This document shows positions 1 to 9,518 of a stretch of DNA of 32,000 bases, one piece after another. This DNA comes from Caedibacter taeniospiralis (GTDB taxonomy: Bacteria > Pseudomonadota > Gammaproteobacteria > Francisellales > Francisellaceae): NCBI RefSeq assembly GCF_002803295.2, contig NZ_PGGB02000002.1:103476-135475 (forward strand), read 5' to 3'. Below the pieces are notes generated by a model. It did not search any database and was not told where the DNA came from. It saw only the letters and a program-made list of their open reading frames with translations. How positions within the stretch are numbered: the first letter of the stretch is position 1; every line of letters starts with the position of its first letter. Position numbers and translations under genes: made by a program.

Positions 1-2
1 TT

Positions 3-1262
3 GACCCCATTCAGGCAATTGCTGAAAGCAGTTTAGCCAACTATCAATCAGAAATTTTAGGTCTGACCAAAGATTGCGCCATTGAAGTTACAGGGACATT
101 GGTGGCGTCTCAAGGCAAAGGTCAAAACGTTGAAATTCAAGCGGACAACGTTATTGTTCATGGCTGGATCGATAATCCTGAAACATATCCTGTATCCCCA
201 AAACGCCATACGATGGAATACCTTCGAGAACATGCACATTTGCGCGTTCGCACCAATCTGATTGGTGCTGTTTCACGCATGCGTCACACCTTGGCTCATG
301 CCATTCATAATTTCTTTCATGCTGAAGGTTTCTTCTGGGTGAACACGCCTATTTTAACCTCTAATGATTGTGAGGGTGCGGGCGAGCTTTTTCGCGTATC
401 TACACTTGATCAATTAAACCTGCCTAAAGATGACAAGGGAGAAATTGATTATACTCAGGATTTTTTTGGTCGCGAAACTTTTCTTACGGTTTCAGGGCAA
501 CTCAATGTTGAAACTTACTGCATGGCTTTATCAAAAGTTTACACTTTTGGTCCAACCTTTCGTGCTGAAAACTCCAACACGTCACGCCATTTGGCTGAGT
601 TTTGGATGGTGGAACCTGAGTTTGCTTTTGCCAGCTTAAGCGACGATGCTGACTTAGCTGAGAAGCTTTTGAAGTCTGTCATTAAAACAGTAATGAGTGA
701 ACGCCAGGATGATCTGCAATTCTTTGATCAGTTTATGGAAAAAGGGCTGTTAGACAAACTTGACTCTGTTGTTAATAATAATTTTATCCGCGTTGAGTAC
801 ACCGATGCAATTGAGATTTTAAAAACCTGTGGCAAAAAATTTGAATACTCCGTTGAATGGGGCTTGGATCTGCAATCTGAGCATGAGCGCTATTTATGTG
901 AAGAGCACTTTAAGTCCCCCGTTGTATTGATGAATTACCCTAAAGATATTAAGGCATTTTATATGCGCTTGAATGGTGATGGAAAAACCGTTGCTGCAAT
1001 GGATGTTCTGGTGCCAGGCATCGGTGAAATTATCGGTGGCAGCCAGCGCGAGGAGCGCCTTGAAATACTGGATCAGCGTATCGCTGAAACCGGGGTCGAT
1101 GCTGAAGGCTTATACTGGTATCGCGATCTACGTCGCTATGGTACCGTACCCCATTGCGGCTTTGGTCTTGGTTTTGAGCGCCTGTTGGGCTATATCACTG
1201 GCGTGCCAAACATTCGCGATGTCATCCCGTTTCCGCGTACGCCAGGAAATGCGAAGTTTTAA
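3..1262 (+). CDS. asnS: Asparagine--tRNA ligase (AsnRS), 5'-truncated by the window edge
   Basis: The frame is open from nt 3; the track ORF start at 99 is an internal TTG. Colinear with E. coli AsnS, including class-II aaRS motifs [38 protein letters not shown] and the C-terminal [14 protein letters not shown] stop at 1260-1262. Confidence 0.95.
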   Translation, partial: DPIQAIAESSLANYQSEILGLTKDCAIEVTGTLVASQGKGQNVEIQADNVIVHGWIDNPETYPVSPKRHTMEYLREHAHLRVRTNLIGAVSRMRHTLAHAIHNFFHAEGFFWVNTPILTSNDCEGAGELFRVSTLDQLNLPKDDKGEIDYTQDFFGRETFLTVSGQLNVETYCMALSKVYTFGPTFRAENSNTSRHLAEFWMVEPEFAFASLSDDADLAEKLLKSVIKTVMSERQDDLQFFDQFMEKGLLDKLDSVVNNNFIRVEYTDAIEILKTCGKKFEYSVEWGLDLQSEHERYLCEEHFKSPVVLMNYPKDIKAFYMRLNGDGKTVAAMDVLVPGIGEIIGGSQREERLEILDQRIAETGVDAEGLYWYRDLRRYGTVPHCGFGLGFERLLGYITGVPNIRDVIPFPRTPGNAKF

Positions 1263-1290
1263 CGCCACTATTCAGCAAAACCTTAATCAG

Positions 1291-1974
1291 TCACTCATCA
1301 AATCGATGATATTTTCCATGAGAGACAAATACCAGGCCATTACCCTTTTCATATTCAATAGAGACACATTGGGCAATGGCGTGATTACGCGTCCCAACCT
1401 GTTCAGCGAAACGTAATGTATATTGATTTAAATCAAATGCACATCCTTTGAGGGTCAAAGAGGTCAGCTCAAAAAGGGGAACAATTGAAATCATCTTTCC
1501 TTTAACATTTTTTAATTGCAGTTTTCTTGGCAAAATTTGCGACATACCATGGCGATCAATGATCGTAAAATCAAACTGCTGCTGGTAAGCGAACAACGTG
1601 GATAAATTGCCAAGATAGTGGTCCATTTCCCTGCCGCCAAAACCAAATAAAAACAGCGTTGTATAACCTTCTTTCGCCAGAAAGACTAATGACTTTTCAA
1701 AATCTGTCGAGTTTTGATCTTCATCTTGCTGATATGGCACTTCTCTAAGCTCCGCACTTTTAATTGAATCTCCGTCACCAATCACAAGCCTGATCTGCTT
1801 CATAAGAAACTTGGAGTGTTTTAGCTGATTAAACGCCCCATCAGCGCAATAGATGGGCAGATCAGATAAATGCTGTCGGATATAATGCTCACAAAAATCA
1901 AGATCTATCTCACCATTGATAAACAAAATTGCTTTTTCCACCATATGAAAACTCGCTTTTTTTAGTACGCGCAT
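1291..1974 (-). CDS. Thiamine diphosphokinase (thiamine pyrophosphokinase, TPK/ThiN type)
   Basis: TPK catalytic motifs GDGDS (cf. GDFDS), STDFEKSL and FGFGGREMDHYLGN (GGRxDH), followed by a C-terminal thiamine-binding beta-domain. Colinear with B. subtilis ThiN/YloS as I remember it. Start is ambiguous: ATG 1974 or internal ATG 1944 (MVEKAILFINGE...). Confidence 0.78.
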   Translation of the reverse strand: MRVLKKASFHMVEKAILFINGEIDLDFCEHYIRQHLSDLPIYCADGAFNQLKHSKFLMKQIRLVIGDGDSIKSAELREVPYQQDEDQNSTDFEKSLVFLAKEGYTTLFLFGFGGREMDHYLGNLSTLFAYQQQFDFTIIDRHGMSQILPRKLQLKNVKGKMISIVPLFELTSLTLKGCAFDLNQYTLRFAEQVGTRNHAIAQCVSIEYEKGNGLVFVSHGKYHRFDE

Positions 1975-2015
1975 GAGTATATACTCACGGCAAGCACAAA
2001 AAAATAATAAATCTG

Positions 2016-2897
2016 ATGGATCATCAATTTGGACTGTTTATAAACTACCTGAAATTTGAGCGTAATTACGCTGAACTTACAATTAGTGCATATGAACGCG
2101 ATCTATCTCAATTTTGTGACTTTCTCGCCAAACATAAGAAAACACTAATGCAAAGCAGTAACAAAGACATCAAGTTGTGGCTAAAAACGCTGCACAGTCA
2201 CGGTCTTTCAGCCAGGTCTATCCAACGTAAACTAAGCACGCTTAAATCGTGCTTTTGTTACTTTGTCAACAATGGTGCAGTAGATAGCAATCCTTCTCAT
2301 GGCATTAAAGCGCCTAAGGCTGCAAAAAAGCTACCCAAAACCCTAGATGTCGATCAAATGCAAAGCCTCTTAGACTATCAAACAGACGACAGTTTAGAGA
2401 TTTGCGATCTGGCAATGCTCGAATTGATTTATAGCAGTGGTCTACGCCTGAATGAGCTTGCAAAATTAAGATTTGCCCAGATGGATATTTCACAAAAAAT
2501 ATTGCGCGTAGTGGGCAAAGGTAACAAGGAGCGTATTGTCCCCATCGGCAGCAAAGCAATTCTGGCGTTAAACAAATGGCTGAATGTCCGTAGTTTACTC
2601 AATTGCGATCATGATTATATTTTTACGACCCTTAAAGGCGCACCAATACACGTGCGCAGTATTCAAAAACGCTTCGAGAAATTTGCGCAGATTCATGCAC
2701 CGAAACACATTCATCCGCACATGTTAAGACACGCTTTTGCCAGTCATTTACTGGAGTCATCCAGGGATCTTGTTGCCGTGCAAACCCTACTCGGACATAG
2801 CGATATTTCGACCACACAAATCTATACACATCTTGACTTCCAGCAGTTAGCTCAAGTTTATGATCAGACCCATCCACGTGCTAGAAGAAAAAAATAG
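2016..2897 (+). CDS. xerC: Tyrosine recombinase XerC
   Basis: Catalytic residues are present (R in SGLRLNEL, HPHMLRH, LLGHSDISTTQIYTH). The C-terminus HLDFQQLAQVYDQTHPRARRKK resembles E. coli XerC ([22 protein letters not shown]) rather than XerD. Confidence 0.85.
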   Translation: MDHQFGLFINYLKFERNYAELTISAYERDLSQFCDFLAKHKKTLMQSSNKDIKLWLKTLHSHGLSARSIQRKLSTLKSCFCYFVNNGAVDSNPSHGIKAPKAAKKLPKTLDVDQMQSLLDYQTDDSLEICDLAMLELIYSSGLRLNELAKLRFAQMDISQKILRVVGKGNKERIVPIGSKAILALNKWLNVRSLLNCDHDYIFTTLKGAPIHVRSIQKRFEKFAQIHAPKHIHPHMLRHAFASHLLESSRDLVAVQTLLGHSDISTTQIYTHLDFQQLAQVYDQTHPRARRKK

Positions 2898-2898
2898 A

Positions 2899-3645
2899 AT
2901 GTATACCATACACTTTGTTAAGGAAGCTCATCAGCCAATTACTTTAGAACCGCCGCAAGATAGTCATATCCAAGTGTGCAGTAATATCCCTGACAATGGC
3001 TTTTATCTTTGTTATGTTGATAACCAGCTTACCTTGAAGCATACACATTCCCGCTTATCACTTGCCGTTGACTTCAATAGCGCTGATATTCAAAATCGGA
3101 TTAAAGCAAATACTGCCAGGCTTGACCTAATCAAAGCTATCGAAGGAAAAAGCAAGCAGCCACTGTATGTTTTAGATATGACAGCAGGTTTAGGACAGGA
3201 TAGCTTTTGTATTGCCGCTCGTGGGCACAGAGTTACTGCTATTGAAAGCAATCCATATGTTTTTTTGTTACTGCTGGATGGTTTAAAGCGCGCAGTTGCA
3301 GAACCAAAACTAGCCCCGATTGCCAATCAAATACAGGTGAATTTTGCCAACTCAGGTGCCGCCAACGACAACCTGCTATCCGCAGGTTATGATGTCATTT
3401 ACCTTGATCCCATGTTTCCTGAACGCGCTAAAAGCGCTAAAGTCAAAAAGAATATGCAGCTTTTACACGAACTTGTTGGGATAGATGATCATAATAATCA
3501 AAGCCTGTGGGAAAGGGCAAAAGCATTGCAGCCTAAGAAAATCGTCGTTAAACGCCCACGATTGGGTATATTTCTTAGTATTGAAAAGCCAGGTAGTCAA
3601 GTCATAGGAAAAAGCAGTCGATTTGATATTTATGCTTTGCCCTGA
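2899..3645 (+). CDS. rsmJ: 16S rRNA (guanine1516-N2)-methyltransferase RsmJ-like SAM methyltransferase
   Basis: SAM-binding motif VLDMTAGLGQDSF and the RsmJ-type motif IYLDPMFPER. I trimmed the track ORF (start 2860) to ATG 2899, which lies 1 nt after the xerC TAG stop; the longer version would overlap xerC by 38 nt. Confidence 0.8.
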   Translation: MYTIHFVKEAHQPITLEPPQDSHIQVCSNIPDNGFYLCYVDNQLTLKHTHSRLSLAVDFNSADIQNRIKANTARLDLIKAIEGKSKQPLYVLDMTAGLGQDSFCIAARGHRVTAIESNPYVFLLLLDGLKRAVAEPKLAPIANQIQVNFANSGAANDNLLSAGYDVIYLDPMFPERAKSAKVKKNMQLLHELVGIDDHNNQSLWERAKALQPKKIVVKRPRLGIFLSIEKPGSQVIGKSSRFDIYALP

Positions 3646-3656
3646 GTTTTCTCTTC

Positions 3657-3684
3657 TTGAATGTCAGGTCTTTTGCTCTATAGT
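3657..3684 (+). promoter_or_regulatory. Candidate sigma70 promoter for the symporter gene (TTGAAT-16 nt-TATAGT)
   Basis: -35 TTGAAT at 3657-3662 and -10 TATAGT at 3679-3684, with a 16-nt spacer, 57 nt upstream of ATG 3742. Sequence match only. Confidence 0.35.
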
Positions 3685-3741
3685 AGTTTTGTGCGTCTGT
3701 GAAAATGGGCAAGTATTCAAGAACATGACAGGAGTGTAACC

Positions 3742-4986
3742 ATGACAAGCAAAAAGCTTACTCGTAACATTTTAATGGGGATGGCGCTTGGCGTTATTGT
3801 GGGTTTAATTTTTCATCCTTTTGCCAATGTTGGCTGGATTGATTCCTATATCAGTGATGGCATTTTACACCTTGCTGGCACGGTGTTTGTGACTTTGATG
3901 AAGATGCTTGTGGTGCCATTGGTATTGGTATCCATTATCTGCGGGGCCAGCAATGTAGCCGATCCCAAAAGCCTTGGGCGTATTGGCGGCAAAACGATTG
4001 CTATTTATATTCTGACCACAGCTATTGCAATTGCTTTGGCGATTGTGATTTCCTTATTATTTCAAATCGGCAAAGGTGCCAATATTTCCACCGAAAACTT
4101 AAACTTCAACGCAGCACCCGCACAAAGCTTTATGCAAACCATTTTAAGCTTATTTACGGCTAATCCAGTAGATTCACTGGCAAAAGGGCATATGTTGCAA
4201 ATCATCGTATTTGCACTTCTATTTGGTCTTGCGATCAATTTTGCCAAAGACTCGGGTGCGCGAATTAAACATTGGTTTGATGATTTAAATGAAGTGATCA
4301 TGTCACTGGTGAGTATTGTCATGGCCCTAACACCATATGGGGTTTTTGCCTTAATTGCCAGGCTTGTGATCACCACTGATCTGGATAAATTTATCTATGT
4401 TTTGGGTTATTTTGCTACGGTATTGATCGTGCTGTTTCTTCATCTGTTTGTCACCAATGGCATTTTAGTTGGGGTGTTTGCTAAATTAAACCCCATCACA
4501 TTTTTCAAGAAAATGTTGCCTGTGCAACTGTTTGCCTTTTCCACCGCAAGTAGCAATGCTACTTTACCGTTGACACTTGAGACGGCTGAAAAAAGTATCG
4601 GGATTGACAACAAGATTGCAGGATTTACCATTCCATTGGGTGCCACGATTAACATGGATGGCACGGCAATTATGCAAGGGGTTGCAACGGTATTCATTGC
4701 ACATGTGTACAATATTGATCTAAGTCTAAGCGCCTATCTTACCGTAATCCTAACCGCCACACTAAGCTCAATTGGCACGGCAGGGGTTCCAGGTATTGGT
4801 TTGATTACACTCACTCTGGTATTAACCCAGGTTGGTTTACCTGTTGAGGGGATAGCGCTTATTATCGGAATTGACCGCATTCTGGATATGGTAAGAACGG
4901 CAGTCAATGTCACGGGGGATGTATCCGTCACCGCAGTGGTTGCCAATAATGAGAAACAGATAAATCGGCAGATCTATAACGCCTAA
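3742..4986 (+). CDS. Dicarboxylate/amino acid:cation symporter (DAACS family, GltP/DctA-like)
   Basis: 414-aa polytopic membrane protein with family motifs FSTASSNATLP, GATINMDGTA and DRILDMVRTAVNVTGD. AGGAG lies 7 nt upstream of the ATG. Confidence 0.85.
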   Translation: MTSKKLTRNILMGMALGVIVGLIFHPFANVGWIDSYISDGILHLAGTVFVTLMKMLVVPLVLVSIICGASNVADPKSLGRIGGKTIAIYILTTAIAIALAIVISLLFQIGKGANISTENLNFNAAPAQSFMQTILSLFTANPVDSLAKGHMLQIIVFALLFGLAINFAKDSGARIKHWFDDLNEVIMSLVSIVMALTPYGVFALIARLVITTDLDKFIYVLGYFATVLIVLFLHLFVTNGILVGVFAKLNPITFFKKMLPVQLFAFSTASSNATLPLTLETAEKSIGIDNKIAGFTIPLGATINMDGTAIMQGVATVFIAHVYNIDLSLSAYLTVILTATLSSIGTAGVPGIGLITLTLVLTQVGLPVEGIALIIGIDRILDMVRTAVNVTGDVSVTAVVANNEKQINRQIYNA

Positions 4987-5030
4987 TCGGCAGAGTCCAA
5001 CTATGGAAAAATGGAAAAGAGCAAGTTCAA

Positions 5031-6314
5031 TTATTGCTTTTGCATGAAAGTAAAAATCGTTGGATTAATGCCAATCTTTTTAATCACCATATGGGTTAAA
5101 ACAATGTTCCAGAAAATCATTGCAACAGCGGAAGCAATGGCGACGCCATAAGCATTTAAGTTTGGAATCAGAATAACGCCGAGAACAATATTAATTATGA
5201 GTGCAATATAAAAAACCCGACAAGTGGTTTTCTCAAATCCTGCCATGTTAAGGATGGTAAAAACACTACCACACAGAACATTGACGGCTTGCCCGATCAT
5301 CAGTATACAAAAAAGTGAATAAGCTTGCGTATAGGTCTGACCATACAGCAGGGTGATCCAATAACCAGCAGCAATAAGGGCAATCATGCCTAATGCGGAT
5401 AAAGCACAGATAATTCGCGTATAGCCGGTAATTTTGTGCTGGAAGGCGCCCCTGTCAAGTACTTTATAATCATTAGCGACTTGTGCCATGATGTTGGAGC
5501 TGACCGCATTAAGCACAAACACAATAAGTGCACTCAGTTGCAAGGCAACCGCATAATAGGCGATATTTTCGTTGCTGGAAAATATTTTAAGTAAAACGAT
5601 ATCAATTTGACTTAAGAGGAGATTTCCCCACTTTAACAGCATGAAGGCGGTATTACTGCCTTCTGGTTTGTTGCTGTTAAATCCATATTTAACACTGATC
5701 TTTAACCACAGAATCAGCATATATATGGCAATTGCACTAAACATTGAGGCGACTAATAATGGGGTGGTTGAAATCTGTATCAATAGAAAAACCCCAATGA
5801 TGCTCAACATAATCAGCCGCATAATAAATTGAATTAAATTGGCATAAATTACTTTTTTATTGGCAATATAAAATGACTGCAATAGATTTGCGATAAAAAA
5901 TGGTAAGGCAAATAAAAATGCAAAGACCTCAATAAAACTTGCGTTTGGATCGAATAAATAAATATAGCCAAAGCAAAGTACAGCGGCAAAGCTCAGCAAT
6001 AATATGCCGCGACGCCAAAACCAGTTATGCAGATGAAATACTTCAATCATGCGCGAGCGTCCACTTTTTTCAGACCAGCCCCAGCTGCGCGCCAAAATGC
6101 CATCGGCACCGAGAGTGGCAATCACAGCAGAAATGGTGGCAATCGTCACGCCAAACATGTATTGACCATATTCGGTAACAGATAGGTAGTGAGCAAGTAA
6201 AATTGCTGAAGCAAATGCCGTCATTTGCCCTAAGCCCTGGATAAACATCGTTGCCAGGGACTTTACTAAAATCTCGTTTTTAGCCAATGCCTTAAGTTGC
6301 GCTAATTTACCCAT
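5031..6314 (-). CDS. Polysaccharide/oligosaccharide flippase of the MOP superfamily (Wzx-like)
   Basis: 427 aa and about 12 predicted TM helices. The overall layout matches 'polysaccharide biosynthesis protein'/Wzx flippases. AGGTG lies 7 nt upstream of the ATG, inside the tusE 3' end. Substrate unknown. Confidence 0.6.
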   Translation of the reverse strand: MGKLAQLKALAKNEILVKSLATMFIQGLGQMTAFASAILLAHYLSVTEYGQYMFGVTIATISAVIATLGADGILARSWGWSEKSGRSRMIEVFHLHNWFWRRGILLLSFAAVLCFGYIYLFDPNASFIEVFAFLFALPFFIANLLQSFYIANKKVIYANLIQFIMRLIMLSIIGVFLLIQISTTPLLVASMFSAIAIYMLILWLKISVKYGFNSNKPEGSNTAFMLLKWGNLLLSQIDIVLLKIFSSNENIAYYAVALQLSALIVFVLNAVSSNIMAQVANDYKVLDRGAFQHKITGYTRIICALSALGMIALIAAGYWITLLYGQTYTQAYSLFCILMIGQAVNVLCGSVFTILNMAGFEKTTCRVFYIALIINIVLGVILIPNLNAYGVAIASAVAMIFWNIVLTHMVIKKIGINPTIFTFMQKQ

Positions 6315-6635
6315 TTAAATACACCTTTTTGGTTTCGGTAACCCTGCAATTTTCGCAGCCTGAACGGCTGGTGATATGGGAAAGAGGCTTTGCAGATACA
6401 GGCTGTTGCCTATGTCGCTGCCATGTTGCTCCTTGAGTGATTTTACCAGTAGTCGAATGGCAGGGGAGCTTTGATGCACTTCATAGTATTTGCGTAAAAA
6501 ATAGATAATCTGCCAATGCGCTTGGGTTAATTCGATGTGCTCCTGTCTGGCAAAAAATAGCGCAATTTCAGGTGACCATTGTCGATAGTCTTTGAGAAAA
6601 CCATGGGTATCGATAAGTGTTTCTATGTTTTCCAT
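6315..6635 (-). CDS. tusE: Sulfurtransferase TusE (DsrC/TusE family, single C-terminal Cys)
   Basis: 106 aa with a family-typical C-terminus AGLPKPKRCI (cf. GLPKPxGCV). Only one conserved Cys, so it is the TusE type rather than the DsrC type. Its TAA stop (6315-6317) directly abuts the flippase ATG (6312-6314). Confidence 0.8.
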   Translation of the reverse strand: MENIETLIDTHGFLKDYRQWSPEIALFFARQEHIELTQAHWQIIYFLRKYYEVHQSSPAIRLLVKSLKEQHGSDIGNSLYLQSLFPISPAVQAAKIAGLPKPKRCI

Positions 6636-6737
6636 GGGTAAGCGGTTTTATATAATCATATAATCGGGCTATGGTAGAGAATTTAAGAGGGATAGTGAAG
6701 CTAAAATTTAGGCGGTGACCATCTTTCCACCCACTTT

Positions 6738-6786
6738 GTGAAAAAGCACCATCAGAACCTTTGATTTCATCAAGGTTTTTGATGGT
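6738..6786 (-). terminator. Intrinsic terminator-like hairpin plus T-tract, about 160 nt downstream of rpsA
   Basis: The minus strand reads ACCATCAAAAACCTTGAT-GAA-ATCAAAGGTTCTGATGGT followed by GCTTTTTCAC. This gives a stem of about 16 bp with one bulge, then a T5 tract. Confidence 0.55.
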
Positions 6787-6864
6787 AGCTTGCTTGTTTT
6801 GGGCGGATACTTTGTCTAAGCCGAGCGAGCAATGGAGACTTGTACAGCATGGCAATCAGGTATA

Positions 6865-6886
6865 TTCCCACGCGGGAGCGTGGGAA
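6865..6886. repeat. REP-like GC-rich palindrome TTCCCACGC-GGGA-GCGTGGGAA
   Basis: Perfect 9-bp stem with a 4-nt loop in the rpsA 3' region. The GCGTGGGAAC core translates to the '...AGAWER...' artefact peptides typical of REP-derived pseudo-ORFs; track ORF 6761..6958 contains HAGAWERA. Only one copy occurs in this window. Confidence 0.5.
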
Positions 6887-6947
6887 CGAGCAACCTGGCA
6901 TTCCTTTGCTATTCCAACCCAAATGAATCCTTGCGGAGTACACAAGT

Positions 6948-8609
6948 TTATTTATTGAGCTTTTCTTTGATCAAGTCACCAATAGTTGTTGGCGCCATTT
7001 GTTCGGCTTTGTAGCTGGATTTAGCTGCTTTCTCAGTGTCCTCATCCAAGCCTTTGATTGAAAGGTTGATACTGCGGCGTTTTGTGTCAATATTGCTGAT
7101 GCGGGCATGAATTTCTTGACCCACTTTAAGCTCATGACGCGCGTCCTCAACGTGTTCACGTGAAATATCAGCAACACGAATAAACCCTTCAACTTCTGGA
7201 GCTAACTCAACCGTTGCCCCATTTTGTTGTACAGAGGTAACGACACCAGTCACTTTAGCGCCTTTGTCATTTGTGGCAGTATATTGGGTGAAAGGGTCGC
7301 CAGAAAGCTGTTTGATGCCTAGTGCAATCCGTTCACGTTCGATATCAACCGATAACATAACCGCTTCTATGTCTTCACCTTTTTTCAGTTGTTTAACAAT
7401 GTCTTCAGGCTTGTTCCATGAAACATCAGAGATGTGAACAAGACCATCAATATGACCATCTAAACCAATGAAAATACCGAAATCAGTGATAGAACGAATC
7501 TTGCCTTTTACTTTGTCGCCTGGCTTATGAGTATTTGCAAATGCTTGCCATGGGTTGATGATACATTGCTTCATGCCAAGAGAAATGCGATGGCGTGAGG
7601 GCTCAACTTCAAGCACCATAACTTCAACTTCTTGACCAAGTGAAACTAACTTATGAGGGTTGGCGTTTTTGTTTGTCCAGTCCATCTCAGACGTGTGGAC
7701 CAGACCTTCAATACCTTCTTTAAGTTTAACAAAGCAGCCGTAGTCAGTAATATTAGTGATTTTACCCATCAGTTTGGTGCCAACAGTAAGTTCTGCAGCA
7801 ACACTTGCCCATGGATCTTCGCCAAGTTGTTTGATACCAAGAGAGATACGTCCCTTCTCATTATCAAACTTAATGATTTTAACGTCGATTTCATCACCCA
7901 GTGCCAACATATCACTTGGATGCTTAATGCGGCTCCAAGACATATCTGTGATGTGTAACAAACCGTCAATACCGCCAAGGTCAACAAACGCACCAAAGTC
8001 AGTGATATTTTTAATGACACCTTTAACGACCGAACCTTCACTTAATTTTTCAAATAGTGCTTCGCGATCTTCTTGTGACTCAGCTTCGATGACTGCGCGC
8101 CGAGAAACAACGATATTGTTGCGTTTAGTATCAAGCTTGACAATTTTGAGCTCAATGTCTTTATCTTCCAGGTGAGAGACGTCACGCAATGGGCGAACGT
8201 CTATCAAAGATCCTGGTAAGAAAGCACGTAAGCCTTCAACTTCAACAGTGTAACCACCGCGAACGTGGTTAGTGATGCGACCAAGCACGGTATCTTGATC
8301 ATTGCACGCTTTTTCAAGTGCATCCCAGACTTCGATGCGTTTTGCCTTCTCGCGAGATAGACGTGTTTCGCCGTAGCTGTTATCAAGTGCATCAAGCACA
8401 ACATCTACTTGATCGCCTACTTGAACTTCAATCTCCCCTCGATTATTTTTAAATTGATCAAGTGAAACAATGGATTCTGATTTTAAACCTGCATCAACCC
8501 AGGCAAATTCGCGATCAATCGCAACGACAGTCGCCTTGATGATTTTGCCAACGCGCATTTCTGTTTCTTTCAGTGAAGCTTCAAACAGGTCTTTAAAATT
8601 TTCAATCAT
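6948..8609 (-). CDS. rpsA: 30S ribosomal protein S1
   Basis: 553 aa with six tandem S1 (OB-fold) repeats. N-terminus [15 protein letters not shown]... and repeated G..V.G.V..I..FGAFV.L motifs are colinear with E. coli RpsA. Confidence 0.97.
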   Translation of the reverse strand: MIENFKDLFEASLKETEMRVGKIIKATVVAIDREFAWVDAGLKSESIVSLDQFKNNRGEIEVQVGDQVDVVLDALDNSYGETRLSREKAKRIEVWDALEKACNDQDTVLGRITNHVRGGYTVEVEGLRAFLPGSLIDVRPLRDVSHLEDKDIELKIVKLDTKRNNIVVSRRAVIEAESQEDREALFEKLSEGSVVKGVIKNITDFGAFVDLGGIDGLLHITDMSWSRIKHPSDMLALGDEIDVKIIKFDNEKGRISLGIKQLGEDPWASVAAELTVGTKLMGKITNITDYGCFVKLKEGIEGLVHTSEMDWTNKNANPHKLVSLGQEVEVMVLEVEPSRHRISLGMKQCIINPWQAFANTHKPGDKVKGKIRSITDFGIFIGLDGHIDGLVHISDVSWNKPEDIVKQLKKGEDIEAVMLSVDIERERIALGIKQLSGDPFTQYTATNDKGAKVTGVVTSVQQNGATVELAPEVEGFIRVADISREHVEDARHELKVGQEIHARISNIDTKRRSINLSIKGLDEDTEKAAKSSYKAEQMAPTTIGDLIKEKLNK

Positions 8610-8707
8610 GGTTTATTTCCAATATATCTTAAGCCAGTGGTTAGTTATACATCGAGTTTGATACATTCACTGGTAAACTGCATAAACTCAGCCTAGAAGG
8701 TGGCGAA

Positions 8708-8736
8708 ATTCTATAGGATTATGAGGGGGTTTTCAA
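8708..8736 (-). promoter_or_regulatory. Candidate sigma70 promoter for rpsA (TTGAAA-17 nt-TAGAAT on the minus strand)
   Basis: On the minus strand, -35 TTGAAA is at 8731-8736 and -10 TAGAAT at 8708-8713, with a 17-nt spacer. This predicts a 5' UTR of about 90 nt. Sequence match only. Confidence 0.4.
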
Positions 8737-9191
8737 TTGCTTGTTTTTGTTTTGTGCAAAAAAATGGTTAAAACTTTAATTTATGTTTGCTTTGGATGAA
8801 AGTGAGTTAAAGTAATCATAAAGTCGTGCATCCGTCAAAGCATTATGGCAAATGTATTGCGATGCGGCACAAAAAGGTGAAACAAGCATGAATGACTTTA
8901 GGCAAAAGTTAATAGCTCATGATTACATTGCGCAACGAGTATTTGATGCTTATTTTGAAAATGAAAATGAACCAGAAAGCAGGGGTTTACGGGGCTGCTT
9001 GTTTATTAAGCAAAAGTAAAGGGATAATCTATTGTTTAGCCTGAATTGCTTGACGAATGCCTCGGCTTTGGTTATCAATAGGCGAAAGTGTAAATTACAA
9101 AGTATCGGATCCTGGTCATAAAGCTGACTAAGGTTTAGATTAGGAAGGTAGAGATGGACATAATGTTTAAATGGAGTAAGGAGTGTTAAAA

Positions 9192-9518
9192 ATGGCAAAT
9201 CAATATTCTCAAAGCTTTGAAATTATCTTATCGAAAAAGTATGGTCGTTCGGCAGAAGAAGTATTAAGAAGCTACTCTAGCGAGGGATTAAGCTACGAAG
9301 ATGTTGCTGGTAAATTTGGTTTTAAAACGACGACCGTGCGCAAGTGGTGTCGTAAGTACAATATAGAGCTGCTGGGTCCGACAGAAATTAATGCAGAAAA
9401 GGCTTATGAGACGCTGTATCAGTCGAGCTTAAATGCAGTATCCTTTAATACCTATAATGTTTTATATCGTCCATGGTCGATCCATCATCAATATTTTAAG
9501 GTTAAGTGTGAAAATTAA
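9192..9518 (+). CDS. Orphan small helix-turn-helix protein (108 aa), function unknown
   Basis: AGGAG lies 8 nt upstream of ATG 9192; the track start 9183 is a GTG. The segment GLSYEDVAGKFGFKTTTVRKWCRKYNI looks like a resolvase/transposase-OrfA-type HTH. I recognise no family for the rest. Confidence 0.45.
   Translation: MANQYSQSFEIILSKKYGRSAEEVLRSYSSEGLSYEDVAGKFGFKTTTVRKWCRKYNIELLGPTEINAEKAYETLYQSSLNAVSFNTYNVLYRPWSIHHQYFKVKCEN

Noticed and set aside
973-1416. 147-aa plus-strand ORF overlapping the asnS 3' end and the TPK gene. Also ORFs 57..239 (-) and 430..639 (+).
   Set aside because: They are out-of-frame overlaps with two confidently identified genes and have no independent signals.
1975-1986. 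Perfect 12-bp palindrome GAGTATATACTC in the TPK/xerC divergent intergenic region. I considered it as an operator or dif-like site.
   Set aside because: It is short, AT-rich and easily explained as overlapping -10-like sequence of divergent promoters. It bears no resemblance to the 28-bp dif consensus.
6568-6958. Track ORFs 6568..6855 (-, 95 aa), 6761..6958 (+, 65 aa) and 6832..7014 (+, 60 aa) in the tusE/rpsA intergenic region.
   Set aside because: They overlap tusE or rpsA, or run through the REP-like palindrome and the terminator hairpin. The HAGAWERA-type peptide is the usual translation artefact of a GCGTGGGAA repeat. None has an SD.
7653-8175. Long plus-strand ORFs (101 aa and 139 aa), plus other 60-90 aa ORFs, antisense to or inside rpsA.
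   Set aside because: They lie entirely within the strongly supported S1 gene. They have low-complexity S/L/T-rich translations, no SD and no recognisable motifs. They are typical shadow ORFs of a repetitive, highly expressed gene.
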